Notes: a model not told the origin generated them from the sequence alone. Shown: positions 14,627 to 27,573, numbered from the stretch's first letter. The stretch is 64,000 nt of DNA from Eledone cirrhosa (GCA_964016885.1 OZ024740.1:370636001-370700000); one strand, 5' to 3'. Translations and numbers: made by a program.

Positions 14627-14829
14627 GAAAAACCACAGACCCTCCATCTCAACTCACCTTTTGAAAAGCAGAAGAACTGCGAAACCGGTAAAGGAACCAA
14701 ATAAATATATATATTTTTTTAAAAAATAAGACTTCAGTTGCATTTTCGATTTCATCTCTTTTTCTTTATACTTCCACTCGTGTAGGACACCTCGGTTATT
14801 TTTCATTTTGTAAAAAACACCTCACTTTC

Positions 14830-14830
<1 letters not shown>
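13141..14830 (+). mobile_element. PLE extreme 3' end with 48-bp inverted cap and long microsatellite-rich 3' region; homologue at about 39388-40660 (-)
   Basis: 13141-13188 is the exact inverse of 14412-14459; 13189-13265 encodes THTQRISKESYFINKYGSRLNTSP* (GIY-YIG end-like); about 110-bp direct repeats at 14010-14233; HHR at 14657. Confidence 0.72.
14657..14694 (+). ncRNA. Minimal type I hammerhead, U3-A8 core variant
   Basis: cctt TTGAAAA gcag aagaa ctgc GAAA ccgg TA aagg; AATAAA at 14700. Confidence 0.78.
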
Positions 14831-14884
<54 letters not shown>

Positions 14885-14943
14885 ACATATATATATATAT
14901 GTATGTATATTTATATATATATAAATATATATATATGTATGTA

Positions 14944-14993
<50 letters not shown>

Positions 14994-15003
14994 AACCAGT
15001 AAG

Positions 15004-15097
15004 ACCCCGACAGCTGAGCTCAAGCCGTTTCGACGGCTAATTCTGGACTAAATGAAAATTTATCCTGGTATTTAAATAGCCGATCTTCTCAAGGGGT
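15004..15097 (-). ncRNA. Type I hammerhead, U3-A8 variant (inverse of 16097-16190)
   Basis: Reverse complement of the motif at 16097-16190. Confidence 0.72.
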
Positions 15098-16096
15098 AAT
15101 TCCATATATGGTCAAAGTGATTGTCAAAAATCAGTAGTAATTCTGTGGTTGCAAATTAGTAGGGGAGATGGTGGCTAAACCTGCCAGTAGGAGAAAGAGG
15201 GGAGGGGGTGGAGTAGACCCAATCAAGCGTTGGTAGTGCCAGCTACAGCTGGGCATGAGGTCAAAGAAGATACAGGGGAGGGGGAGGAAGTCGGAACGGT
15301 AGGTAGAACAATGGGGGGTAGAAATATATAGGAAAGAAAAGAAAAAATAATGAGAGTGGAGAAAAGCAAATAAGTGTAAAGAAAAAAGTAAAGTAAATTA
15401 AATTCTACGACCTAGGTCTCAGGCTATTGTAAGGCTAGAATAAAATAAAGAAAGAAAGAAAGAAGTAAAGAAATAAATAAATAAAGAAATAACGAAATAA
15501 GTAAAAGAACTAGGTGGGACGGCATAGGCAAGGACCCTTTTAAGAGGTATAAGTACGTAAATGATACGGTGACGGGTCAACAAAAGGGGCCAAAATACTA
15601 AAGAGACTACCACGAAATAAACAATAAAGGTTTCCATCCCGGGCCAGCAACGACCCAGTGCAGCAAAGTGAACTTGTACGAGATAATAATTCTGAGTCCC
15701 GAGAAAAATATATACTAATGCTAACTCTAAAAGATCTAAAACAAGCTACATGAAAGTTCGTACGAAATAAAGGTAGAATACGGAGAAATAAATTCAGAAT
15801 CCACCCCGCCCAGGAGAAAAGCGAAGCAAGAAATACTGAAACGAAAAAGTTTCAGTATATTTCAGTATATTTCTACCCCCCATTGTTCTACCTACCGTTC
15901 CGACTTCCTCCCCCTCCCCTGTATCTTCTTTGACCTCATGCCCAGCTGTAGCTGGCACTACCAACGCTTGATTGGGTCTACTCCACCCCCTCCCCTCTTT
16001 CTCCTACTGGCAGGTTTAGCCACCATCTCCCCTACTAATTTGCAACCACAGAATTACTACTGATTTTTGACAATCACTTTGACCATATATGGAATT

Positions 16097-16190
16097 ACCC
16101 CTTGAGAAGATCGGCTATTTAAATACCAGGATAAATTTTCATTTAGTCCAGAATTAGCCGTCGAAACGGCTTGAGCTCAGCTGTCGGGGT
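16097..16190 (+). ncRNA. Type I hammerhead, U3-A8 variant, GUC site
   Basis: acccc TTGAGAA ga(t)cggcta...tagccgtc GAAA cggc ttgagctca gctg TC ggggt. Confidence 0.75.
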
Positions 16191-16640
16191 CTTACTGGTT
16201 CCTATTACCCACTCTACTACCTCAAGTATTGAGTACTTTGGTGCGTTATGGTCCACCTGGTTCCTTACCACATTTCCTTCGTTATATATATATATATATA
16301 TATATATATTTAATATATATACATATATATATAAAGAATTAGTATATCTACCAACATATATATACAGAAGCATACCTATGCTAACAAATATATAGGTTTT
16401 TTCTTAGTAACTTTGTGGTTCAATGCAAGGGGATGCAGAACAATTATATGAAAGGCGTAAAATAAGAAAATTATAGGATTGTCACGTGATTGATTCTTTT
16501 GAATTCGCCACCGACCAAGTAGGCAGTGATTTTTTCAATGTCTTGGAATTTAGTCCACGCTTGCTTTTTTCCATCCACTGAATTATTGTTGTATAAGTTC
16601 CCGGTGTCCACGCATCGCCTGGGAACTTAGCTGAGAACAG

Positions 16641-16723
16641 ACTTCCTGATGACGAAAGGCCTTCTCCATGTGTTCCATTCAGAAACCATGTTTATTCCCT
16701 TTCAGAAACTAATTAGTTGGAGT
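16641..16723 (+). ncRNA. Type I hammerhead ribozyme (paralogue of 12469-12550)
   Basis: acttc CTGATGA c gaaagg...cctttc a GAAA ctaattag TT ggagt; helix II covaries with the paralogue. Confidence 0.8.
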
Positions 16724-16804
16724 GAAATTTTAGTAAGTAAGTTAATTTTTATAATTTTCTTATTTTAATAATAATATGTATATATATATATATAATATAT
16801 ACTA

Positions 16805-17175
16805 TCTATTATTCAATCTCTTCTTCATACCGTGAGCAAAGAAAATCCAACTTGTTATGGCCTACGGCCCGCATTAGGTGAAAAACTTCATATTTTCAGC
16901 TTTTTAGGGCTTTTTGGAGGCGTTACGTCTAGCCGATTTTCCCGAAATTTCAAGGAATATTATGCACATAAAAAAATTCATTTCCTGATCCCCTAGGTGA
17001 AAACCTGCATTTTTCCTGCTTTATCAAGGAAAATCTTAAAGATTATCCAGCCATCAGAGTATTCGGTTTATTTTCTTTACATATTGTCCAGGCATGCAGT
17101 TTTTCCACGATTAGGTCTGTTGGCGGCCCGCGTTCCAAAATGCCTTATCCCGTGAAACGCCGGGTACCACTGCTA

Positions 17176-17176
<1 letters not shown>
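16805..17176 (+). mobile_element. Non-autonomous Helitron-like element
   Basis: Starts TC after A; ends with GC hairpin CCCG-tgaaacgc-CGGG then CTAG followed by T. Confidence 0.5.
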
Positions 17177-17209
<33 letters not shown>

Positions 17210-17215
<6 letters not shown>

Positions 17216-18260
17216 AATGGCTTCTACAGGACTAGAACTGTTTCATTCGGAGGAAATCATCAGAAAGCCGACTGTCAATGTAAATTTCTGGTATTTATAC
17301 ATTTTGTCATGGTAAGGGAAGGGTAGTGGTTGGGGGGACAGAGGTCATGGTGGGATTAAAGGATGGGAATTCTTAGAAAAAACAAAATTTATTTAGAGAA
17401 AGAAGTTTAGTGGCAAGTTGCAATTGAAATAAACACTACCCTATTCTATAGTACAATTTTGAACAAAAGGTACTACACTATCTTTAATAAGAATACAATC
17501 AGACTCTTACTCCACTAGACCAAATCTAGCTAGGAACTTAGCCAATATTAATATTACTAAGTTAAATAACTCTACTACCTCCGAAACCCATCCAGGTACT
17601 GAGGTCCTGTGCAACTGCCACGATAAGGCTTCATGCCCCTTCAGGAATAAATGCCTTACAAAGGATATTGTATACAAATGTGATGTCATCTCAGACCTTG
17701 ATGAAGAGAGAAAGACGTATATCGGGATGACCTCCAACAACTTTAAGACCCGTTGGTACGCACACACCCATTCTTTTCGACGCCCGGACAAGTCCAGCCA
17801 AGCAACACTCGCCGCCCATGTCTGGGACCTAAAAAGGAAATCCATCCTCTTTACGCTCAAATGGAAACTACTCGAGAGAGCGCGGTCTTACACAGGAGGC
17901 CAAAATTGTTGTGACCTTTGTAGTTCCGAGAGTTACGAAATACTATTCGCCAAAGGACCCTTACTCAATAGACTCTCATAACACTGTCCGAACTGCATGC
18001 ACAAAAACTATGCAACTTACAAGTCATATAGACCAGTTCTTCCCCCTGAACGATGATCCCATATGACAACGGAATCGACATTAAACATTAAACACATTCC
18101 CCCGCGCCCCCTCCCATCCTAACCCTACCTTCGTTTTGTTACCTTTCAAACTTATAACTTATACTTTACTTTTCTCTGCTTGTATTTAATGTTACTTAAT
18201 TTTAATTTATGTTATTTGATGGTTGTTCATATCTTAATTGTTTCCTTAAAACTTTCCCCT
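17210..18260 (+). mobile_element. PLE GIY-YIG fragment preceded by an oppositely oriented HHR-bearing segment
   Basis: LCNCHDKASCPFRNKCLTKDIVYKCDV...TYIGMTSNNFKTRWYAHTHSF...CDLCSSE (about 17430-18056). Confidence 0.88.
17219..17269 (-). ncRNA. Type I hammerhead ribozyme (truncated paralogue at 36700-36746)
   Basis: ggcttt CTGATGA tttc ctcc gaat GAAA cag ttctagtc ctg TA gaagcc. Confidence 0.8.
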
Positions 18261-18320
18261 TTGTGTATTTTTATATTTATTCTTATATGTGTTTATATGT
18301 GGATATATATATATATATAT

Positions 18321-18465
18321 ATTGTTTCCCCGGCGGACAGCTCGAGACGCGATCATTGTGTGGATCTATCTGATTCTGGACCCGCAGGTTCCAGAATGAT
18401 TTCGGTCCAGAACCAAATAGATCCACACAATGATCGCGTTTCGAGCTGTCCGCCGGGGAAACAAT
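18321..18465. repeat. Fold-back inverted repeat, about 62-bp arms
   Basis: ATTGTTTCCCCGGCGGACAGCTCGA...GGACC is mirrored, with about 3 mismatches, around a spacer of about 20 nt. Confidence 0.9.
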
Positions 18466-18548
18466 TGTAACACACAATAAATTGAGTTCAGATGCATCAC
18501 TGATTTTTCGTTTTCCATTCTATATATATATTTATATATATTTATATA

Positions 18549-18990
<442 letters not shown>

Positions 18991-19112
18991 TATATATATA
19001 TATAAATATATATAAGCAAAGAGTTATTTAATTTGTTTGTTATTCAACAAATTTAATTAAAACGATTAGTGCTTGTTTTCTGGATATGTCACTATTTATA
19101 AAACAACTTTTG

Positions 19113-19173
19113 TATTTTATCGGATGAGTGCGTACCAAAATTTTGGTACCCTTGAAATATATATAATAAAATA
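19113..19173 (+). ncRNA. Degenerate type I hammerhead (U4G)
   Basis: tattttat CGGATGA gtgc gtaccaa aatt ttggtac cctt GAAA tatata TA ataaaata. Confidence 0.6.
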
Positions 19174-19214
19174 AATATGGTTTTATAAAGATAGTTTCCA
19201 TTTATTAATATCAT

Positions 19215-19304
<90 letters not shown>

Positions 19305-19305
<1 letters not shown>

Positions 19306-19800
19306 GGTAAATCCTACAGCAGATTGTTGGATTTGGTTATCGTCAGCAAGCCGAGATTTGAGAGGGAAACTATATCAACAGAATACTTTTTGGAGTACTT
19401 GAATACTTGAATTCCAGCAGGATATCTTTAGCTTTACATTGGATCTTTCAACCATTTTGTTGTTTCGAGCTCGTAGTGGACATCCACCAGTCGCGCTAAA
19501 CTGACCTGGCGGATTGAAGAGGCAAGCAACGTTCGGGTCATATTTTCTAGATCCTCCAGATTTACTGATGAGCAGTGCTGTCTCTAAAAGGCTGCTCAGT
19601 TACTCTTGGAGCAACCAAATTTCATCTAGCGACTTTGTATCTACCAAGGGCCGCCAGTGTGCAAGAAAACGAGCTGTTAAGTATTAAGTATCGGCAAGGG
19701 TTTTAAGTCGAGTGAAGCTTACACAACACTACTGGCAATACCAAGAAGCCAAGAGACAAGCAAAGAGCAAGATATCCGTTTCAATAAAGCAGCGGGTTTT
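19305..19800 (-). mobile_element. 5' remnant of an RTE-type LINE (5' UTR plus start of AP endonuclease)
   Basis: Minus strand LKISCWNS...KYSVDIVSLS/SRLADDNQIQQSAVGFTY resembles the APE N-terminus. Confidence 0.55.
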
Positions 19801-20143
19801 ATATACTAGTCATCCTTCTCCTAGAGGGATGCCATGACAAATACCCCGAGGCCCCACTCATAACTGGTTTACTGTACCCTCAAACACCAACCCAAGTATT
19901 TCTACGACCCAATACAAAACATACATACATACTCATTTTAGCTGAAATGAAGTGTTTTGCTCAAGAATGCAACACGCAACCCAGGAATCGAACCCATGAC
20001 ATTATGATCGTAAGTCCAACACACTTACCACTTGGCCACGTGCCTCTACACATACATACATACATACATACATACATACATACATACATACATACATACA
20101 TACATACATACATACATACATACATACATACATACATACATAC

Positions 20144-20601
20144 GAACTGATGAGAAATCTGCAGATACTCCACCCTGATTACACCTTCAGATTTATGCCT
20201 GTGATTATTGGGGCACTGGGATATGTTAGTAACTGCCTCAATACAAATCTTGAGAAGCTAGGCTTCACAGGAACAGAAAGAACACAACTAGTTAGGAAAT
20301 TACAAGTACAATCCATTAATGGAACTGTAAAGATATGTAAAACATTCCAAAATGTTTGCATCTAATAACTGCATATACACATGTACAGATACAAAGCATA
20401 TATACATGCACACATACAACTCAAAACATACACACCCACACATACAATAACATCCATATCTACACATGCATGCATGCAGACATACATACATATCTACCTA
20501 GTTGATGTTTTGTAAATTCTAATGAGAGATTCTTGTGTCTATGTTAGAAACCGACTCTCTCTCTATTGGTAAAACTTTGTGAAATTATAAAACCAGAAGA
20601 A
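20144..20601 (+). mobile_element. 5'-truncated R4/Dong copy inside (TACA)n
   Basis: Near-identical to about 2356-2820; (CATA)n on both sides. Confidence 0.92.
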
Positions 20602-20901
20602 CATACATACATACATACATACATACATACATACATACATACATACATAAATACATACATATGATAGGCTTCTATAGTTTCCGTCTATCTAATGCCACTA
20701 ACAGGGCTTTGATCGGGCCGGGGCTATAAACGAAACTGGCCCTAGGTACCACAAAGTGGGACTAAGACTAGAACCACGTGACTTACTGAGAGGGGATTTT
20801 TATAGGACAAGCTTCATTTTATGCGGTGAATAAACACTGACGCAAACTCAAACGGAAAGTACTTTTGGTTCCCTTCAGTTCTTTAACGGAAAATCATTCT
20901 A

Positions 20902-21021
<120 letters not shown>

Positions 21022-22886
21022 GTGTGCGTGTGTGTGTGTGTGTGTGTTTGTGTGTGTGTGCGTGTGTGTGTATTTGAATAAATGCAAATCTGTTTACACA
21101 AACATAAAGAAGGGAACACCAGTTGAATCTGGTCGAAAGAAAAAGAGAAACCGATAAACACGTTTGTGAAGCACAAATAGGAACTTTACTATGTAAGTCG
21201 TCAAGACAAATTGAGAGACGGTTTCTTAAAATTAGAATAAGAGATTATCTTTTTCGTGGAACTTGTTGAAAGGCTCGGTTTAAACAGCTCACTTACACAA
21301 TTCAACTAATCTTCCCACCACTACTACTAATACTACTACTAATATTAATACTACTAATAATTGTTTCTACTTTAGGCACAAGGCCAGCAATTACCCAGTG
21401 CATGACTGGTACTTTATTTAATACTACTAATAATGGTTTCTTATATAGGCACAAGGCCAGCATATTTTGGGGGAGGGAGAAGTCGATTAAATCGACCCCA
21501 GTGCGTGACTGGTATTTTATTTTATCGACCCCATAAGGATGAAAAGCAAAGCTAACCTCGATGGGAATTGAATTCAGAACGTAAAGGGCCACAACTCTAT
21601 GCTGCAAAAGCATGGTGTTCGACGCTCTACCGAAACTACCAACCGACTGCTACCAGCACTACAACAACAGCAACTACTACTAATACTAATACTACTACCA
21701 ATACTAGTACTACTACCACTACAACTACTTATACAGTTCCATTTTCTCTAGAAACAGTATATAACAAAACTTCTTTTCTCCAACTACTTTTGTCAAATAT
21801 TTTACCCTGCTTACCAACTCGGTCGACATATATTTATTTACCTACTTAACCAATCAATCGCTATATATTATGTGATGAGACGAAGCAACATAGTGAAATT
21901 TCTTATACTCTTCAAAGACAAAGATAAATTCTAAAGACAAAAGTCTACTAACGACACTTTTGTTTCTTTTGAACTTCTATAAAATCTATTTATAGATTTT
22001 TGATCTGTCTAAGGTTTGGGGCAGTCATTGAATACAGTCAAGATCTGTTTTTCTGTCCCTCTTCTTTTATTCCACTCTCTCACCGTCTCTCCCTCTTTCT
22101 CTCCCTCTTTCTCACTCTCTCTTTCTCTTTCCTCCTGCCTCCCTCTCTCTCTATCTCTCTCTCTCTCTCCGACGCTGTCCTAGATACACTAGCAGTGAAC
22201 TACCAAGTTATCTCTTATCAAACATAAATGTAACTATACAAATATATTTCTTTCTAGCCTCCTGGTCAGCATTGTTCTAAAGTAGTCTAGATATTAATGG
22301 TGTAGATATTTCCTGTGTGTAGGCACAGCACACTGCTTGATTTAGCACTACCACATGGAGCATGGATACACTGATTGGTCTGTTGTAAGCATTTAGACCA
22401 GGTTTTGTGTCTGGAGGGTTTCATGACCTCTCAGTGAGCCACCACCCTTTACACTTTCTCCAAATGCCAAAACTAAAACTGAACTAGCAAGACAATTCTC
22501 TCTCGTTTTGTCTAATATCCATAGACTTTGTTCCAACATAGACCCAGTACATCACCACTTACTCAAATGTAAACTCCAAAGGTTTCATAAATGTTTTAAG
22601 CAATGAACTCAAAACCGCGTGGTTGCGAAGAAAACTCCTTAACTACACAACAGTGTCTGCTTTTAAATATGCTTCTTTTTAAAAATAGTTAAATAGGAAA
22701 GAGTGAGAGAAAGGCGGCTTTTGAAAATTTAGTGTTGTATGTACAACCTGCAATAATTCAGAAATTGTTAATATTTTGTCGTCATTTTATAAGAGTAACA
22801 GTTTAATATATTTATTTTCTTTTAACATAAATTTACAGTTGAATGAGGATAAGTGAGAATGTTTTGTACACAAATAAATAAAGTAT

Positions 22887-23107
22887 TACGTGAGGATACA
22901 GAAACGTTCCTGGCTTTAGGGGTATTTAAGAGGCCTGAGGGGAGTCCCAACTTTCTGAGTTCTTTTTACAGGGCTTAGAAAAACTGAAGGACCGCTGCAA
23001 TAAGTGTATGAACCTGAGAGGGGAATATGTTGAATAACATCATAATTAGCTGACCTTCTTGAATTTTCTTTTACTCAAAGCCAGGAGCTTTTCAGCATCC
23101 ACTCGTA
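22887..23107 (+). mobile_element. Mariner-derived MITE
   Basis: Imperfect TIRs of about 30 bp bounded by TA (TACGTGAGGATACAGAAACGTTCCTGGCTTT / AAAGCCAGGAGCTTTTCAGCATCCACTCGTA); interior encodes FLQGLEKLKDRCNKCMNLRGEYVE*, a mariner transposase C-terminus. Confidence 0.82.
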
Positions 23108-23268
23108 CATTGCGAAGTGAATCAATAAACTCATCGACAGCAGCATTCACAGGTATCAATATAACAGTTTTCATAATACATCCAGAAATAAAATCTGAAA
23201 AAGGAGTCTACGATAACATTAAATAAACTAATGCTGTGTAGACAAATTAAATCAAATATCATGCCTAA

Positions 23269-23329
<61 letters not shown>

Positions 23330-23374
23330 TACAATCATACATGTATATATATATAGTCCCTTTACACCGTCATC

Positions 23375-24110
23375 ACCACGCCGTTAGCCTACGCGCCCCC
23401 ACCCTCCTCCGCTTCGCCGAGCTGGTCCTTTCCCTTAACTGCTTCTCCTTCTCGGGTGAATTTCATCAGCAAGTCTCTGGGGTAGCCATGGGCACAAGAA
23501 TGGGCCCCAACTACGCCAACCTTTTCATTGGCCACGTTGAGGCCCAGATATTTGCCCAATACACTGGTCCCACCTCGAACTATACGGTCGTTATATTGAC
23601 GACTGTATCGGCGCCACAACTCTCACCCGGGAACAGCTCGACTCCTTTCTCTCTTTCCTATGCTCCTTCCATCCCTCCCTCCATTTCACCACCTCCATCT
23701 CCACCACCTCCGTCCGCTTTATGGACATCTCCGTCGCCATTGACCCCTCCCACCGCTCACTCATCACCTCCACTTTCTTCAAACCTACTGACTCCCAGTC
23801 CTACCTCGACTTTACCTCCTCTCACTCCACAAACACCAAACACTCCATTCCCTACTCCCAACTTCTTCGCCGCCTTTGCAGCCGAGATGCGGACTTTGAA
23901 ACCCAGGCCTTTCTCTGGTCCGTCATTTCGCCCGAAGGCGTTACCCCTCTCACTTGTCCACGCCGCCCTTACCCGCGCCCACGCCTTCCACCGCACCAAC
24001 GCCCTCACCCGTGCTCACGCCATCCACTGCATCTCTGCCCTCGCCCGTGCCCACACCGTCCACCGCACCACTGCCTTTACCCACGCCCGTGCCGTCCACA
24101 ACCCTCACCC
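23375..24110 (+). mobile_element. PLE reverse-transcriptase fragment (frameshifted)
   Basis: LLRFAELVLSLNCFSFSGEFHQQVSGVAMGTRMGPNYANLFIG; after a frameshift YGRYIDDCIG...FMDISV...FKPTDSQSYLDFTSSH...IPYSQLLR. Confidence 0.92.
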
Positions 24111-24146
24111 CACGCCCTTTTTTCTGGTTATTATGTATTTTCCGTT

Positions 24147-24333
24147 CAGGGCGGTGGATTGGCAGTATCGGTGGAGGGTCGGACGCCATGCTTTCCAGCA
24201 TAGTTACGTCCCTTTACCATCTGAGTTCAAATCCCGCTGAGGTTGACTTTGCCTTTCATCCTTACGGGGTCGATAAAATAAAGTACCAGTAATGCACTGG
24301 GTAATTGCTGGCCTTGTGCCTAAAGTAGAAACA
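24147..24333 (+). mobile_element. SINE family A with 17-bp TSD (other copies about 21356-21650 -, 24740-24930 -, 32278-32465 +, 33583-33676 +, 43828-44007 -, 44122-44301 -, 56143-56330 -, 56356-56537 -)
   Basis: A-box-like TGGCAGTATCGG, B-box-like GAGTTCAAATCC, core CTTTCATCCTTACGGGGTCGATAAAATAAAGTACCAG; TSD ATTATGTATTTTCCGTT at 24130-24146 and 24334-24350. Confidence 0.9.
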
Positions 24334-24463
24334 ATTATGTATTTTCCGTTTGTTCATAAATTATATGCATTGCAGCAAAGTGTTTTTTCAACCCATGTAA
24401 TTCAAAACACACTTTTTTGTGTGTTTATTTATATATATGTGTGAGTGTGTGTGTGTGTTTGTG

Positions 24464-24512
<49 letters not shown>

Positions 24513-24633
24513 GGGTGACTGTGTACAAAGACCGAGAAGACAACAAATCAGAATAGTGCTCGATACATGTTATGATGCAGAGTGTGGTATTGGTAGATGT
24601 GAAAAAGAGTACTCAATACCGAAGGCTAAATGA

Positions 24634-24692
24634 TGGGTCCGGTCTGATGATTCTGCGAGTACACAGGTGAAACTGTAGAGTAACAAGACTCA
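24634..24692 (+). ncRNA. Type I hammerhead motif, partly decayed stems
   Basis: tgggtc-cg-gt CTGATGA ttctg cgagtaca caggt GAAA ct gtag ag TA ac-aa-gactca. Confidence 0.58.
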
Positions 24693-25377
24693 CCACATAC
24701 CCATAAAGACTATAATTCTGGTTTTTATATATATAATTCTGGTTTCTGATGTAGGTACAAAGCCAACAATTTACGAGGAAGGGAAAATCGATTAAATCGA
24801 TCCTTGTGAGTTACTGGTACGTAAGGATGGATGGCAAAACTAACTTCGGCGGGATTTGAACTCAGAACGTAACTATACGCCACAAAGCATGTTGTTCGAT
24901 GGCCTGCCGATGCTACCAATCCACCGCCCTATTTATACGCGTATATATATAATTATATCACTAGAACACCTTAGTTTACATCAACAAACATTGTCGCGCC
25001 GATATTCTGAGTTGCCAATATATATACTATTTCTAAATACATTAAGAAATTTTATTCTGACACCGGCGTCCACGAAGCTGCTCGATGAATTAATATTTAC
25101 AGCTGTACATTATTCACACATAGTGAATAAAGAGAAAACACCCCCGGCATGAGTTGAATAATGCAGTTTTTAAGTATTTTGATAAGATGATATATTGGTA
25201 GCCCTAAACACCGCTGTTTTTGCGTTCCTTGATGTAAATTGCAGTGACGTACTCATTTAAATGCGGAAGGCCTGAATTTTCATGAGGGTTCCAAAATTCC
25301 GTTAACTTATGACTCATATTTTGCGAGTATCTTTAAAGGGAATTTTTTTTAAAGAAATTCCTTTAATTTGGACTGTT

Positions 25378-25430
<53 letters not shown>

Positions 25431-26428
25431 ATGTTGTATTTCCTCATAAAGAAACTATCAAGTCATGGGAATTTGTTATTAACTTAACGATTAACCCCAT
25501 TGTGTATTGTAATAAATCTACATATAAGAAACACATAGATCGTTTAGATGGATATATTTCCCCTCACTACAGAATCTATCTTTCGAATTTCCAATTTTAG
25601 TTTCTTAAACAATATTATTGATCAATACAAGAAACATCTAAGCATGATGTATATAGTACCTACTTATTTCATACATTATTTCATTATACTTGGTTGTACC
25701 TCATATGATGTGTGTATTTATGTGTGGTTTATGTGTATATTTGTGTGTAAATCTATGTAAGTGTGAGTATGTGTAAATATGATAAAGGTAATAGCTTCAG
25801 TAACAAACACAAGGTTGACGAGGACGGAAACAGGACATATACAATGGCTTTGCCTCGATACGCCTGGAACATTCGACATGATTCTCGGTCAATCAGAAGG
25901 CAACTTTTTCTTTCGAAGATGTTATAAATACCGCTCTGTTTTTGTGGTGGCACTTTCGTTTACACACCATTATACGTTGTTCTCGTGCAATTGTGCTCTG
26001 TTTATAGAGTCGGGTGAGACAACGAGTGTAACATACATGGAACGAGCAGCAAGCACACCATTGTGACTAAAGGAATTCGCCATATTGAAATGGAGAATCG
26101 TCTGATTAAAGCTGTAGTTTTACTTTTTGACCGAGAATGGAACATATCGTACACCAGTCGTATAATTTGCCACCTAGCTAATTCCACTTTACACAACATA
26201 TTTAACGTCAACTTCCATTGTAAAATCCACTCCACGCATTGGAATTTTTATCCTACTCCTGTATTCTATTGTTCGAAACTAAAAGTAGATTTACTAAGGA
26301 TATGTGAAAATATTTGATATAGAAGGTTAAACTCGAACAGAGTTATGTTTTAGTTTAATATGTTTGAAAGGAAAGCTGTTTGTTTTTTTACACAAACATA
26401 GGCACACATACAAATATATATGTGTGTG

Positions 26429-26547
<119 letters not shown>

Positions 26548-27373
26548 TTATGTGTGTGTGTGGTATGGTCCCGTAACTCCTGAGGGAGTCGTTGAGGCAC
26601 CATATTGACATTCGGTGTTTCTAGGGCATTTCTAAACATGACGGAGCCCATCCCTCTCCAGGTCTGAATACAGTAGATTTCATCCAGAGAAGGATAGAGA
26701 GAGTGTGTGAGAATGGATGTGAGAAAGAGATATAGAGGAAGAATTGACCCCAGTATTAGACTGGTACTTTTTTATCGACCTCGAAAGGATGAAAGGCAGA
26801 GATGACAGAAACGAATACCGCAAAACATTCTATCCGACGTTATAAATTGCTGGGTAATAATATATTACTATATGTGGCACTTCTTTGAGCACTCCATGCT
26901 TTTACGCGAATAAATTATTCAGTGTTATAAGTGTGTATTGGCAACGACATCTGTTTTGTTATTGCAGTAATATACAGTGTTTGTATTAAGAATGAGATCG
27001 AAGTTTCAGTTTAACATATTTTATTCGTAATCACGCGTAACACGTGTATTGCAAATGACCAGCTCGGAACTTTCATCGATTACATTCATCTTCGACTCTG
27101 GGGTCGATTTTCGCATCAAACGCAGTAGAGATCAAACTCGGAATATATTCATTATCATTAATTATATAGCAGGCTGGTTGTTGTTTGGCTAAGAGGGCTG
27201 GGGTATGATTTCTAGGGACCTATTTGAATTTAATTTAAGGCTCATGTGGCACAGTTTGGTTGTGTAAAGTTCACTGTAGGATTGGGGTTTGAGTTTGTGT
27301 TCAGTTTGGGTTTGTTTACGTCCTTGTTGAAACGGAGACGATTTTCGTTATATACATACTATATATGTGAGTC

Positions 27374-27573
27374 NNNNNNNNNNNNNNNNNNNNNNNNNNN
27401 NNNNNNNNNNNNNNNNNNNNNNNNNNNNNNNNNNNNNNNNNNNNNNNNNNNNNNNNNNNNNNNNNNNNNNNNNNNNNNNNNNNNNNNNNNNNNNNNNNNN
27501 NNNNNNNNNNNNNNNNNNNNNNNNNNNNNNNNNNNNNNNNNNNNNNNNNNNNNNNNNNNNNNNNNNNNNNNNN
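27374..27573. other. Assembly gap (200 N)
   Basis: Run of n. Confidence 0.99.

Larger units (their letters stand above)
14991..16282. mobile_element. PLE pseudo-LTR pair in inverted orientation (about 340-bp arms)
   Basis: 14991-15330 is the inverse of 15864-16203; each arm has an HHR; flanked by (TA)n; same family as 45104-48158, 9010-9150 and 36503-36581. Confidence 0.82.

Noticed and set aside
19563-19605. CTGATGA followed by a stem
   Set aside because: No GAAA or UH afterwards; lies in an RTE 5' UTR remnant on the other strand.
23341-24240. 299-aa ORF as a host proline-rich protein
   Set aside because: A frameshifted PLE RT reading through into a SINE.
24147-24240. tRNA gene
   Set aside because: A/B-box-like motifs only, no cloverleaf; it is a SINE head.
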